From the NCBI GenBank assembly GCA_910585745.1, contig CAJUFM010000003.1, positions 1-64,000 of the forward strand: a stretch of 64,000 nt of DNA, in the 5' to 3' direction. Position numbers and translations under genes: made by a program. This DNA comes from an uncultured Eubacterium sp. GTDB taxonomy: Bacteria; Bacillota; Clostridia; Lachnospirales; Lachnospiraceae. Below are positions 49,217 to 58,897 of this stretch, one piece after another. The notes beneath the pieces were generated by a model. It was not told where the DNA came from. It made no database searches and saw only the letters and a program-made list of their open reading frames with translations. How positions within the stretch are numbered: position 1 is the first letter of the stretch; each line of letters begins with the position of its first letter.

Positions 49217-51220
49217 ATGGCAATGAAAATAATCACAAAACATAAAAAGGAAATCGTGTTTGGCAGTATTGTTGTTATGCAGTTTCTGGCAATCTTTATT
49301 TATAATCTGTTTAAGATCAAATATCAGGCGGATTATGATTCTTCTACTGGAACGGCCTGGCTGGCAGAAGTGGGACGCCAGAAAAAGCTGCTGATCGATC
49401 ACTGGGAGTATACAACGAATGTCGGCTGGGATATTCCCCTGATCCTGGCGGTGCCTCTTTATATGCTCACCGGTCATATTTTTGTTTCGATGGGATTTGC
49501 CAACAATCTGATCATGATGGTGAGTTTATTGGTGATCTGGGATGTGCTGAAGCAGTATAAGATCCGGACGGGCAATATACTGATCGTTTTGTCAGTTTTC
49601 CTTGTGCCGTATACACTGGGGCAGCTCGGATATCTGCCGATGATGTTCACGGGTACGGCATCATATATCATGAAGGCGCTTATTCCGCTGACGATGCTGG
49701 ATGTCATCGTGCGCGTGGAAAGGGGAAGTAAAAAGACAACGGCGAAAATCGTGACCGGTGTGCTACTCATTTTTGTTATGGGGCTGGCATTTCTGACAGG
49801 GTTATCTTCCGGACCATATCTTCTGATTTGTGGTCTTTTTCCCTTTGTTGTCTATCTTGCATTGAGGTCGCTGGTGGAAAATGATCTTCGTGTTCTTGTG
49901 AAAAAATACAGCCTGGCTGTTTATGCCGGGATACTGGCGAGTGCAGCCGGCGTGGTGGCGGCGGGTCTGTTGGGACTTAGCAGTAAAGCGGGAGAGCTTA
50001 CCTTTGTAACCACCGAAAAATTTGCGAGTAATGCCTTGAGCTGTTTTGTCGGGATATGGGATATGTTTGGGGGGATCCGCGAAGGGGAAGCATTGCCGAT
50101 CCTCTCTGCCAGGGGGATCATCAGTCTGTGCAGTATTTGTATCGCATCCTACGTTGTCTGGGTCATACTGTATTATGCGGTGCGTGTTTTACGAAAGAAG
50201 GAGACAAGGACACTAGTATTTGTTGTATTGTGTGTCCAGGTTGTCAATCTCTGTGTATTTTTACTGGCAAATCTGGCTTACCGGGAGAATATCTTTGAGT
50301 CAAGATACCACATTATACCGATGGTGTCTGCCATGCTGCTTACCGGATTGTTTGCAGAGGATATGGAGAAGACGTGGAATGCGCTTTGCCGCAGGGGGGT
50401 GAGTCTGGTATTGGCTGTTTGTGTTCTTTTGTGCAGCGTGTCTAAATTTTTTGTTTTTTATCGGAGAGTAGAGACGTCTTCCGTTATGCGGCTTAGTGGG
50501 ATCACGGAGGTAGCACAAAAACAGGATGTTGACTTAATCTACTTTTTGGCATATGATAACTTTTTAGGGGATGGAAGGATCTTAAGAGTGTGTGATCCGG
50601 AGATTCAAGTTTCAACGCTTCTGGATTATAATATGGGCATTACATGGGGAGCGAGCGAGTATTTTTTTGAAAACAGCTGTCATGAGGGGAAGATTATGGC
50701 GGTTGTTCCAAAAAAGTATGCAAAGAAACTGCCGCAACATATGAGAAAACGGATGGAACTGGTCGATACTGTCCAGGGTTACCGACTGTATGTCGCCTCC
50801 GAAAATATTTTTGACTGTTCTACTGTGCTAAGGGAAGACAGCAAAAAAGTTGTTGATTTTCCATACTCCCCGAATTATCAGATCGGTGGAGAGATCAATG
50901 ACATGGGAGAGCTGGAAATCAGAGATGAGGGAGGCCTGCAGCTTTTTGGACCGTGTATCGAACCGATCAACGGAGTGTATGATATTACATTGAACTATGA
51001 AACAAAGACAGATGCGGCAAAAGGAATGAGCATCGGAAAATTCAATGTATATGATTCGGAAAATAACATCCTTAGTTCAACGGATATTATTTCCGGAGAG
51101 GAGCAATGTATCTTAAAGGATGTGAAGCTGGGAGAAAAAAGCTTCCATTATACAATAGACACCATTCCGAATTCTGGACTACTCGTTCGTTCTATTGTTT
51201 CTGAAAGAATTTCAGAGTGA
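49217..51220 (+). CDS. Large polytopic membrane protein with C-terminal soluble domain; putative GT-C glycosyltransferase (paralog of 46648-48693)
   Basis: Similar architecture to the previous large membrane gene. Confidence 0.45.
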   Translation: MAMKIITKHKKEIVFGSIVVMQFLAIFIYNLFKIKYQADYDSSTGTAWLAEVGRQKKLLIDHWEYTTNVGWDIPLILAVPLYMLTGHIFVSMGFANNLIMMVSLLVIWDVLKQYKIRTGNILIVLSVFLVPYTLGQLGYLPMMFTGTASYIMKALIPLTMLDVIVRVERGSKKTTAKIVTGVLLIFVMGLAFLTGLSSGPYLLICGLFPFVVYLALRSLVENDLRVLVKKYSLAVYAGILASAAGVVAAGLLGLSSKAGELTFVTTEKFASNALSCFVGIWDMFGGIREGEALPILSARGIISLCSICIASYVVWVILYYAVRVLRKKETRTLVFVVLCVQVVNLCVFLLANLAYRENIFESRYHIIPMVSAMLLTGLFAEDMEKTWNALCRRGVSLVLAVCVLLCSVSKFFVFYRRVETSSVMRLSGITEVAQKQDVDLIYFLAYDNFLGDGRILRVCDPEIQVSTLLDYNMGITWGASEYFFENSCHEGKIMAVVPKKYAKKLPQHMRKRMELVDTVQGYRLYVASENIFDCSTVLREDSKKVVDFPYSPNYQIGGEINDMGELEIRDEGGLQLFGPCIEPINGVYDITLNYETKTDAAKGMSIGKFNVYDSENNILSSTDIISGEEQCILKDVKLGEKSFHYTIDTIPNSGLLVRSIVSERISE

Positions 51221-51257
51221 TAACAGAGATTTAGCAGTGAAATAAAGGAGAAAAGAG

Positions 51258-52034
51258 ATGAAAGCAGTATTACTTGCAGGGGGATTTGGAACAAGAATCA
51301 GTGAGGAAAGTGCATTTAAACCAAAACCAATGATCGAGATCGGAGAAAAACCGATCCTGTGGCATATTATGAAGGAATATTCGCATTTTGGTATCAATGA
51401 GTTTATTATTTGTGCAGGATATAAGCAGCACGTCATTAAAGAGTGGTTTGCGGATTATTATCTGCATAACAGTGACATCACCTTTGATTATTCCCGGAAT
51501 GGAGAAATGATCGTTCACAACAATATTTCAGAACCATGGAAGGTTACCATTGTGGATACGGGGTTTAATACCATGACGGGAGGCCGTGTCAAACGGATCA
51601 AAAAATATGTAGGAGATGAGACTTTTTTGCTCACATATGGGGATGGTGTCAGTGACGTCGATATCGGGGAACTGGTGAAATTCCATAAGTCACATGGGAA
51701 GATCGCCACGATGAGTTCGTACAATGTTGGACAGCAGTTTGGCGTCCTGGACGTGGACAAGCAGGGCAAAGTTAATGCTTTCCGTGAGAAATCAAATTCC
51801 GACGGTGGTGTGATCAATATTGGGTTTATGGTTTTTGAGCCAGCGATCTTTGATTATATCGAAGGAGACGCCACTGTGTTTGAAAAAGAACCGTTGGAGC
51901 AGCTTGTAAAAGAGGGCGAGCTTATGACGAAGAAGCACGATGGGTTCTGGAAATGTATGGACACCCAAAGAGATAAAATGAAACTGGAAGAGATGTGGGC
52001 GTCTGGCGAGGCGCCGTGGAAAGTATGGAAATGA
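51258..52034 (+). CDS. rfbF: Glucose-1-phosphate cytidylyltransferase
   Basis: MKAVLLAGGFGTRISEESAFKPKPMIEIGEKPILWHIM is a characteristic RfbF/DdhA N-terminus. Confidence 0.85.
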   Translation: MKAVLLAGGFGTRISEESAFKPKPMIEIGEKPILWHIMKEYSHFGINEFIICAGYKQHVIKEWFADYYLHNSDITFDYSRNGEMIVHNNISEPWKVTIVDTGFNTMTGGRVKRIKKYVGDETFLLTYGDGVSDVDIGELVKFHKSHGKIATMSSYNVGQQFGVLDVDKQGKVNAFREKSNSDGGVINIGFMVFEPAIFDYIEGDATVFEKEPLEQLVKEGELMTKKHDGFWKCMDTQRDKMKLEEMWASGEAPWKVWK

Positions 52035-52056
52035 TAAAGCTTACGGAGGGCGATAC

Positions 52057-53115
52057 ATGATTGATTTGACATTTTTCAATGAAAAAAAGATATTGGTGAC
52101 AGGTCATACCGGATTTAAAGGGTCATGGATGTGCCGGACACTCGTGGGAGCAGGAGCAGAGGTGACAGGATATTCCCTCGAAGCTCCAACAGATCCAAAT
52201 CTTTTTGTTATGGCGGATCTGGAAGAAAGAATGAATTCCGTCATCGGCGACATCCGGGATCTGGAAAAACTGTCCCGTGTTTTTGAGGATACTAGACCGG
52301 AGATCGTGATCCATCTCGCCGCGCAGCCGATCGTGAGAGATTCTTATAAAGAGCCGGTATACACCTATGAGACAAATGTCATGGGAACAGTGAATATTTG
52401 TGAGTGCGTCAGAAAAAATAATAGTGTAAAGAGTTTTTTAAATGTTACCACGGATAAAGTATATGAGAATAAGGAGTGGGAGTGGGGATACCGTGAAAAT
52501 GAACCATTGGATGGGTATGATCCATATTCGAACAGTAAATCTTGCTCAGAACTTGTGACACACAGTTACAAGAATTCCTTTTTTACGGATGGAAGGGTGG
52601 CTGTATCTACAGCGAGAGCCGGGAATGTGATTGGCGGCGGAGATTTTGCCAACGACCGGATCATACCGGACTGTGTCAGGGCAGCCAAAGAGAGAAAAGA
52701 TATCATCATTCGGAATCCTTTTTCTACAAGACCGTACCAGCATGTGCTGGAGCCGGTGATGGCATATCTAATGATCGTAAAAGAGCAGTATGGAGATCCC
52801 GGACTGCAGGGATACTACAATGTAGGACCGGATGAGACGGATTGTGTGACCACTGGGGAACTGGTGGATATGTTTGTCCAGCGTTGGGGAGAAGGCCTCA
52901 AATGGATCGACCAGTACGACGGGGGCCCTCACGAGGCAAACTTTTTGAAACTGGATTGTTCAAAACTCAAGACGACATTTGGCTGGAAACCCAGATGGAG
53001 CGTGGCAGAGGCATTAGACAAAACCGTGGAATGGACAAAAGCCTGGTTTGCAGGTGAAAACATTGCAGAAGTCATGGACAGGCAGATCGGGGAATTTGTA
53101 TCTGTGGAACAATAA
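52057..53115 (+). CDS. rfbG: CDP-glucose 4,6-dehydratase
   Basis: KILVTGHTGFKGSWM Rossmann motif; SDR-extended family; Y...K. Confidence 0.8.
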   Translation: MIDLTFFNEKKILVTGHTGFKGSWMCRTLVGAGAEVTGYSLEAPTDPNLFVMADLEERMNSVIGDIRDLEKLSRVFEDTRPEIVIHLAAQPIVRDSYKEPVYTYETNVMGTVNICECVRKNNSVKSFLNVTTDKVYENKEWEWGYRENEPLDGYDPYSNSKSCSELVTHSYKNSFFTDGRVAVSTARAGNVIGGGDFANDRIIPDCVRAAKERKDIIIRNPFSTRPYQHVLEPVMAYLMIVKEQYGDPGLQGYYNVGPDETDCVTTGELVDMFVQRWGEGLKWIDQYDGGPHEANFLKLDCSKLKTTFGWKPRWSVAEALDKTVEWTKAWFAGENIAEVMDRQIGEFVSVEQ

Positions 53116-53139
53116 AAAAGAAAAGGAAAGGAATATACT

Positions 53140-54480
53140 ATGTTTGAAAATCTGAATGAGAAGCAGGCAAAAGAAAATATTCTTGAGATGGTAAAGGAAT
53201 ATTGTAACAAATACCACAATCAGGAGAAGCCGTTTGAAGAGGGGGACAGAATCCCCTATGCCTCCCGTTATTACGGACATGAAGAAATGGTGAACTTGGT
53301 GGATAGTTCGCTGGAATTCTGGCTTACGTCCGGTCGTTATACGGATAAATTCGAAAAGGAGTTTACAGAATATCTTGGGATCCGATACTGTTCTCTTGTA
53401 AATTCTGGTTCATCGGCGAACCTTCTTGCATTTATGGCGCTGACTTCTCATCTTATGGGAGACCGTCGGATTCTGCCAGGAGATGAAGTGATCACTGTGG
53501 CGGCAGGCTTTCCGACGACGATCGCACCGATTATCCAGTATGGGGCAGTTCCGGTATTTGTCGATATGACGATCCCCCAGTACAATATGGATGTCTCCAT
53601 GCTTGAGGAAGCGCTTTCCGACAAGACAAAAGCGATCATGATCGCGCATACGCTTGGCAATCCGTGGGATCTCGGTGCGATCAAAGAATTTTGCGTCAAG
53701 CACAACTTATGGCTGGTAGAGGATAACTGCGATGCCCTCGGTTCCCAGTATACGATCAATGGCGAAGAGAAATTTACCGGAACAATTGGAGATGTGGGAA
53801 CGTCGAGCTTTTATCCGCCCCATCATATGACGATGGGAGAAGGAGGAGCGGTATATACGGATAATCCTATGATCCACAAAGCAGTGCGTTCGCTGAGGGA
53901 CTGGGGACGGGATTGTGTGTGCCCCTCCGGTCGTGACAATATGTGTGGACACCGTTTTGATAAGCAGTATGGGGAACTTCCGCTGGGGTATGACCACAAA
54001 TATGTATACTCCCATTTTGGATATAATCTGAAGGCTACCGATATGCAGGCGGCTGTGGGCTGCGCCCAGCTTGCCAAGTTCCCTGCATTTGTAGAAAAGA
54101 GAAGGCATAACTTTGACAGATTGCGGGAGGCGCTTAAGGATGTGGAGGATAGACTGATTCTTCCAGAGGCGTGCCCGAATTCGAAGCCGAGCTGGTTTGG
54201 TTTCCTTATTACCTGCAGAGAAGGGGTGGATAAAAATAAACTGGTTCAGTATATCGAAGATCACGGCGTGCAGACACGAATGCTTTTTGCGGGAAATATT
54301 GTAAAACAGCCATGCTTTGATGAATTCCGCGTATCCGGAAAAGGATACCGGGTAGTCGGTGACCTGAAGGTGACGGATCGCATTATGAACGATACGTTCT
54401 GGCTGGGCGTTTATCCAGGTATGACGGATGAAAAGATTGATTATATGGCGAAAGTCATCAAAGAAGCACTACAGAATTAA
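53140..54480 (+). CDS. rfbH: DegT-family PMP-dependent CDP-6-deoxy-4-keto-hexose 3-dehydrase (RfbH/E1-like)
   Basis: ~446 aa, N-terminal extension typical of RfbH/DdhC (EEGDRIPYASRYYGHEE), aminotransferase fold. Confidence 0.7.
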   Translation: MFENLNEKQAKENILEMVKEYCNKYHNQEKPFEEGDRIPYASRYYGHEEMVNLVDSSLEFWLTSGRYTDKFEKEFTEYLGIRYCSLVNSGSSANLLAFMALTSHLMGDRRILPGDEVITVAAGFPTTIAPIIQYGAVPVFVDMTIPQYNMDVSMLEEALSDKTKAIMIAHTLGNPWDLGAIKEFCVKHNLWLVEDNCDALGSQYTINGEEKFTGTIGDVGTSSFYPPHHMTMGEGGAVYTDNPMIHKAVRSLRDWGRDCVCPSGRDNMCGHRFDKQYGELPLGYDHKYVYSHFGYNLKATDMQAAVGCAQLAKFPAFVEKRRHNFDRLREALKDVEDRLILPEACPNSKPSWFGFLITCREGVDKNKLVQYIEDHGVQTRMLFAGNIVKQPCFDEFRVSGKGYRVVGDLKVTDRIMNDTFWLGVYPGMTDEKIDYMAKVIKEALQN

Positions 54481-54504
54481 AGTTTTGTGTATGGAACCGT
54501 GTGA

Positions 54505-55458
54505 ATGGAGAACGAGATGAAAAAAGTAATTAGCATAATGATACCCACCTTTAATGAAGAAGAAAATGTGATACCGATTACAGAGGCGGTGATCGATGAA
54601 ATCACGACAAACCTGCCTCAGTATGATTATGAGATATTATTTATCGATAATGATTCTACGGACTCGACAAGAGAAAAGATCCGGCAGTTATGCAGCAGGG
54701 ACCAGAAGATCAAGGCAATATTTAACGTGAAAAACTTTGGGCAGTTTAACTCACCCTTTCATGGCCTTCTGGAGACGACAGGTGACTGCACGATTCTGCT
54801 TTGTGCCGATTTTCAGGACCCAATCCCGATGATTACGCAATTTGTGCATGAATGGGAAAAAGGTTATAAAATTGTGATCGGGATCAAATCCACAAGTAAA
54901 GAAAATAAGATTATGTATTTTCTTCGGAGTTGTTATTATAAACTGATCAAAAAGATGTCAAGTGTAGAACAGATTGAACATTTTACTGGATTTGGTTTAT
55001 ATGACAAGGATTTTATGAATGTTCTGCGGAGTCTGGATGAACCGATGCCATTTCTGCGGGGAATCGTAGCGGAGCTTGGATTTAAGCGGAAGGATATCGA
55101 ATACCAGCAGGAAAAACGGCGTGCGGGTAAAACTCATAATAACTGGTATAGTTTATATGATGCGGCGATGCTCAGTTTTACTTCTTACACTAAGGTTGGA
55201 ATGCGGATTGCTACAATTCTGGGTTTCATTTTGTCAGGGATCAGCATTGCAGTGGCCTTTGTTTACCTGATCATGAAACTTCTTTTCTGGGACAGGTTTG
55301 TGGCGGGGATGGCGCCAATCCTGCTGGGGATTTTCATCTTTGGTTCAATCCAGTTGTTTTTTATTGGGCTGCTGGGAGAGTATATCATGAGTATTAACTC
55401 CAGAGTGACACGAAGGCCTCTTGTTGTTGAAGAGGAACGGATTAATTTTGATAAATAG
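54505..55458 (+). CDS. GT2 polyprenyl-phosphate sugar synthase (GtrB-like) with two C-terminal TM helices
   Basis: IPTFNEEENV...FIDNDSTDST...NFGQFNSPFHGL...CADFQDP plus C-terminal TM pair. Confidence 0.75.
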   Translation: MENEMKKVISIMIPTFNEEENVIPITEAVIDEITTNLPQYDYEILFIDNDSTDSTREKIRQLCSRDQKIKAIFNVKNFGQFNSPFHGLLETTGDCTILLCADFQDPIPMITQFVHEWEKGYKIVIGIKSTSKENKIMYFLRSCYYKLIKKMSSVEQIEHFTGFGLYDKDFMNVLRSLDEPMPFLRGIVAELGFKRKDIEYQQEKRRAGKTHNNWYSLYDAAMLSFTSYTKVGMRIATILGFILSGISIAVAFVYLIMKLLFWDRFVAGMAPILLGIFIFGSIQLFFIGLLGEYIMSINSRVTRRPLVVEEERINFDK

Positions 55459-55472
55459 ACGGGAGCTGTATT

Positions 55473-57638
55473 ATGAAAAATAAAAATAGAACATACAGTA
55501 TTTATCTGGGAATTGGGGCGGCGATTGGTCTGGTGCTGTTCCTTATTGTATATGGATTTCGTGTGTTGGATTTTACCAATGACACGTGGCTGTTAACGGG
55601 AAAGGATCTGCAGCAGCATTACTTGGGATGGAAATTTTTCCGGCAGGCGCCGTGGTCTTTTCCGCTTGGGATGCATGATTCTTTTACGGCTCCGGACTCC
55701 ATTAGTGTTTTATACACCGATTCTATTCCGCTGTTTGCGCTGTTTTTCAAACTACTTTCGCCTGTTTTGCCAGAGACATTTCAGTATTTTGGATTGTTTG
55801 GCCTGTTATGTTATATTTTAAATGGGGCGATGGCGTCCCTCATTGTATCCCACTTTAATAAAAGCAAGGTTTTTTGCGGTATTTCCAGCGTATTTTTTAT
55901 ACTTTCGACGCCGGTTTTGCAAAGACTGTTTGGGGTGTTGTCTGAAAATTCGAGGCATACATCCTTGGCGGCGCATTTTCTTATTCTGGGAGCACTGGCA
56001 ATCTGGTTGTTTAAGGATGTCTTTGAGGATTATAGGAAGGATGCATTGGCCTGGGCAGTTCTTGCCGCGCTGTGTGTCCTGATTCAGATGTATATTATTT
56101 TTATGGTGGGGGGTATCATGTGTGGATACCTTCTGGATGAACTGATTTCCCAAAAGGACTGGAAGCGACTGCTGTATGATTTTTCCAGTTTTGCCTTGAG
56201 TTTTTGTTTCTTTTTCTTTATCATTGGCGGATTTACGAGTCTGCTTGCGTCGGGCGGATCAGGATATGGATTTTTCTCGGCCAACCTCAATACATTTATT
56301 AACCCGTGGAGATATTCTACCTTTTTCAATAAGATGGGAATGACGGATCTGCAGTATGAAGGATTTGCATATCTGGGATTGGGGATGATTGTGCTTTGTG
56401 GTATCGCGTGCGCTGCTATTCTGGTCAAGGCAGTTTCCCTGTTCCGGAAAGGGCAGTTAAGAGAAACTTTAAAAGTAAAAAAGCAAAGGAATTTTTCCTT
56501 TGTCGTTTCCCTGGTTGTCGTAGTTTTTGTGTTTATGGTACTGGCTTTTTCAAATCTGGTTTATATAGGACACAGAATTTTTATCGAAGTCCACTGGCCG
56601 ACAGTGATCGATAATCTTCTGGCGGTGATCCGTTCGTCAGGGCGTTTTATCTGGTGTGTGATGTATATCGTTATGATACTGGGGCTTTATATCATAACAA
56701 AGATGTTTAATAAAAAGGTGCAGTTAGCAGTTGTGATCTTTTGCGTATGTCTGCAGCTAGCGGATCTGTATACTCCGATCCACAGACTTCAGAAGCAGTA
56801 TTATGGTGAGGCAAAGGAGGAAGAATCTCTTGTTCAGAACGATTTCTGGAGGATCTCGCTGGGCAGCTACGATAAGATCGCATATTTCCCAACGGATGGG
56901 TACGACGCAACGCAGATGCTGCAGATCGCTTCTAAAATATCAAAATTTGAAAATGTGAAGATGAGTAATTTTTATCTTTCCAGATACATGACAAAGAAAG
57001 TTATGCGGCAGAAGGATAAGATCATAGAAAAGGATTTCAAACAGGGCACATTAGATGACAGAACATTGTATATTCTTGATTATGCCAATGCCCATAAATA
57101 TAAAGATATGTGTTATATGTATATTGTTGATAATAAAATACTTGCTGTAAAAAATCCTATAGTTGGATTGGAGAAATATACAGATTTTCTTGTGGGATCT
57201 CTTACACCGCTTGTGGAATTGGATATGTCATTTGCCGGTCTTGGAAAGAGCTTTCTGCACAAAGGGTGGAACGGCCAGCAGTTGGGAGATAAAGGGGCAT
57301 GGACAACATGGGAAAGCGTTGTCCGGATATACTCCGAAGATGCGAAGAGAGCGAAAATCACCATTGAGTATCAAGGCGGCAAAAAGAAGGGCACAACGAC
57401 AGTAAAAATGAATGGAAGAAGGATTGGGAAGATCAACAATAAGGAATCTGGTACTGTGACCTTTGAAACGAAGCTAAAACTGTGTGAGAATATTAAGAAA
57501 ACAAAATATATCAACTGGCTCTTTTTTACATCTGGTGATGTGAAAAAGGCAAGTAAAGCGGGAGAAAAAGATGGAAAAGGTGTTATGATAAAAAAAATTA
57601 CGCTCTCTTACCTTCCGGAAGAGAATGTAAGCGAGTGA
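55473..57638 (+). CDS. Large polytopic membrane protein with ~230-aa C-terminal domain; putative GT-C glycosyltransferase
   Basis: ~13 TM helices then a soluble C-terminus; directly follows the GtrB-like gene. Confidence 0.5.
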   Translation: MKNKNRTYSIYLGIGAAIGLVLFLIVYGFRVLDFTNDTWLLTGKDLQQHYLGWKFFRQAPWSFPLGMHDSFTAPDSISVLYTDSIPLFALFFKLLSPVLPETFQYFGLFGLLCYILNGAMASLIVSHFNKSKVFCGISSVFFILSTPVLQRLFGVLSENSRHTSLAAHFLILGALAIWLFKDVFEDYRKDALAWAVLAALCVLIQMYIIFMVGGIMCGYLLDELISQKDWKRLLYDFSSFALSFCFFFFIIGGFTSLLASGGSGYGFFSANLNTFINPWRYSTFFNKMGMTDLQYEGFAYLGLGMIVLCGIACAAILVKAVSLFRKGQLRETLKVKKQRNFSFVVSLVVVVFVFMVLAFSNLVYIGHRIFIEVHWPTVIDNLLAVIRSSGRFIWCVMYIVMILGLYIITKMFNKKVQLAVVIFCVCLQLADLYTPIHRLQKQYYGEAKEEESLVQNDFWRISLGSYDKIAYFPTDGYDATQMLQIASKISKFENVKMSNFYLSRYMTKKVMRQKDKIIEKDFKQGTLDDRTLYILDYANAHKYKDMCYMYIVDNKILAVKNPIVGLEKYTDFLVGSLTPLVELDMSFAGLGKSFLHKGWNGQQLGDKGAWTTWESVVRIYSEDAKRAKITIEYQGGKKKGTTTVKMNGRRIGKINNKESGTVTFETKLKLCENIKKTKYINWLFFTSGDVKKASKAGEKDGKGVMIKKITLSYLPEENVSE

Positions 57639-58098
57639 TCTGTAAAGCAGGAAAGGCAGATCTTATGCAGACCAAAAAGTGGATCCGGATCTTTTCCTTT
57701 TCTTTCCAATATTTTCTTCTGATCCCGGAACTGATAACAGCAGTGGGAGTGTTTGTCACTGGGCTGGCAGGAGAAAAGGCTGGGGGAAGAAAATCCGGTT
57801 TTTTTGAGGAGATATTTGTAGCGCTTTCCTCTGTCCTTAATTTCAGTATAGTGCCCACGCGGTATGTATTTTCAGAAGTATTTCTTTAAGCCGGAGGTTC
57901 ATGTGTTTTCCCAACACGACGAGGGATCCTTGGAAAAGATTACTAGATACAAAAAGATTATCTGTTTCATGTAAAACAGCCGGTTACCGGGAAAACGAAG
58001 TAACTTCTTTCCGGATATGAGAAGACAGGGGAAAACGTATTACAACGTATGGACAGTATTTCGAATAGACAGATCAAGAACGAAAAGGGTGAAGGAAA

Positions 58099-58650
58099 AT
58101 GGATAAAATAAGTGAAAAACTCTGGAATTTAATTGAAACGGTCGCAAGGGCAATTTTCGGACTGGTATTTAAAATCTGTAAGGTAGAACCTACGGAAGAA
58201 CAGTGGGATTCCCTAATGCAGTTTGTAAAATTTGGACTCGTCGGAGTATGGAATACCGTTTTTTCCTATGCGATCACGGTAATCTGCCTTTTGAGTTTTA
58301 AGAGATCCGGGACTCTGCAGTTTGAGGTCTTTGCAACACCTGTCTCAGTCTACGTGTCAAATGTTATCGCGTTTATGATAAGTGTTTTTGTATCCTTTTT
58401 ATTGAATAATAAGTTTGTGTTTACTCTGCAAAAGGGACAAAGCAGAAGTTTTGGGAAGGCGTTATGTAAGAGTTATCTCTCTTATGGCTTTACTGGAATT
58501 ATTCTGAATAATATCCTTGCTTTTGTGTGGGTTGGGCTTTGTGGGATTCCTGAGCTAATCGCTCCGTTGATCAGTCTTGTTATTGCCATTCCGATAAACT
58601 TTTTCATGAATAAACTATGGGCCTTTAAGTCGGGCGATACACAAGGGTAA
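58099..58650 (+). CDS. GtrA-family protein (flippase candidate)
   Basis: 4 TM helices, NNKFVFT and NKLWAFK GtrA-type motifs. Confidence 0.65.
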   Translation: MDKISEKLWNLIETVARAIFGLVFKICKVEPTEEQWDSLMQFVKFGLVGVWNTVFSYAITVICLLSFKRSGTLQFEVFATPVSVYVSNVIAFMISVFVSFLLNNKFVFTLQKGQSRSFGKALCKSYLSYGFTGIILNNILAFVWVGLCGIPELIAPLISLVIAIPINFFMNKLWAFKSGDTQG

Positions 58651-58710
58651 AGAGAAAGAATAGGGAGAAAGCCTAGAAAAACCTTTTCAAACGAACCAAT
58701 GTGTGGTAAA

Positions 58711-58867
58711 ATGAACGCATAAGCACGAACGCACCGTCTCTTGGAGACAGCCTTCTGCTTGCAGGAAAGGCTGTCTCCAAGAGACGGTATGTGAGTGCAA
58801 CGAACACTAAGCTCCTTCGGGGTGCCGAAGGAGCTTAGTGAGTGCTTATGCGAGCAAGCATAAGAGC
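58711..58867 (+). promoter_or_regulatory. Structured leader/intergenic RNA element with two perfect hairpins and mutually exclusive outer pairings, upstream of the DPM1-like GT2/man gene set
   Basis: Hairpin 1 at 58734-58787 (19-bp perfect stem CCGTCTCTTGGAGACAGCC/GGCTGTCTCCAAGAGACGG). Hairpin 2 at 58806-58839 (15-bp stem ACTAAGCTCCTTCGG/CCGAAGGAGCTTAGT). GTGCTTATGC (58842-58851) can pair either with upstream GCATAAGCAC (58717-58726) or with downstream GCATAAG (58858-58864). Confidence 0.4.
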
Positions 58868-58897
58868 AAACTGTAGAATAACTTTGGAGGGAAAATC

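Noticed and set aside
51258-54480. Complete CDP-3,6-dideoxyhexose (abequose/tyvelose) pathway
   Set aside because: Only rfbF, rfbG and an E1-like rfbH are present in the window. E3 reductase, terminal reductase and epimerase were not seen, so only the first three steps are called.
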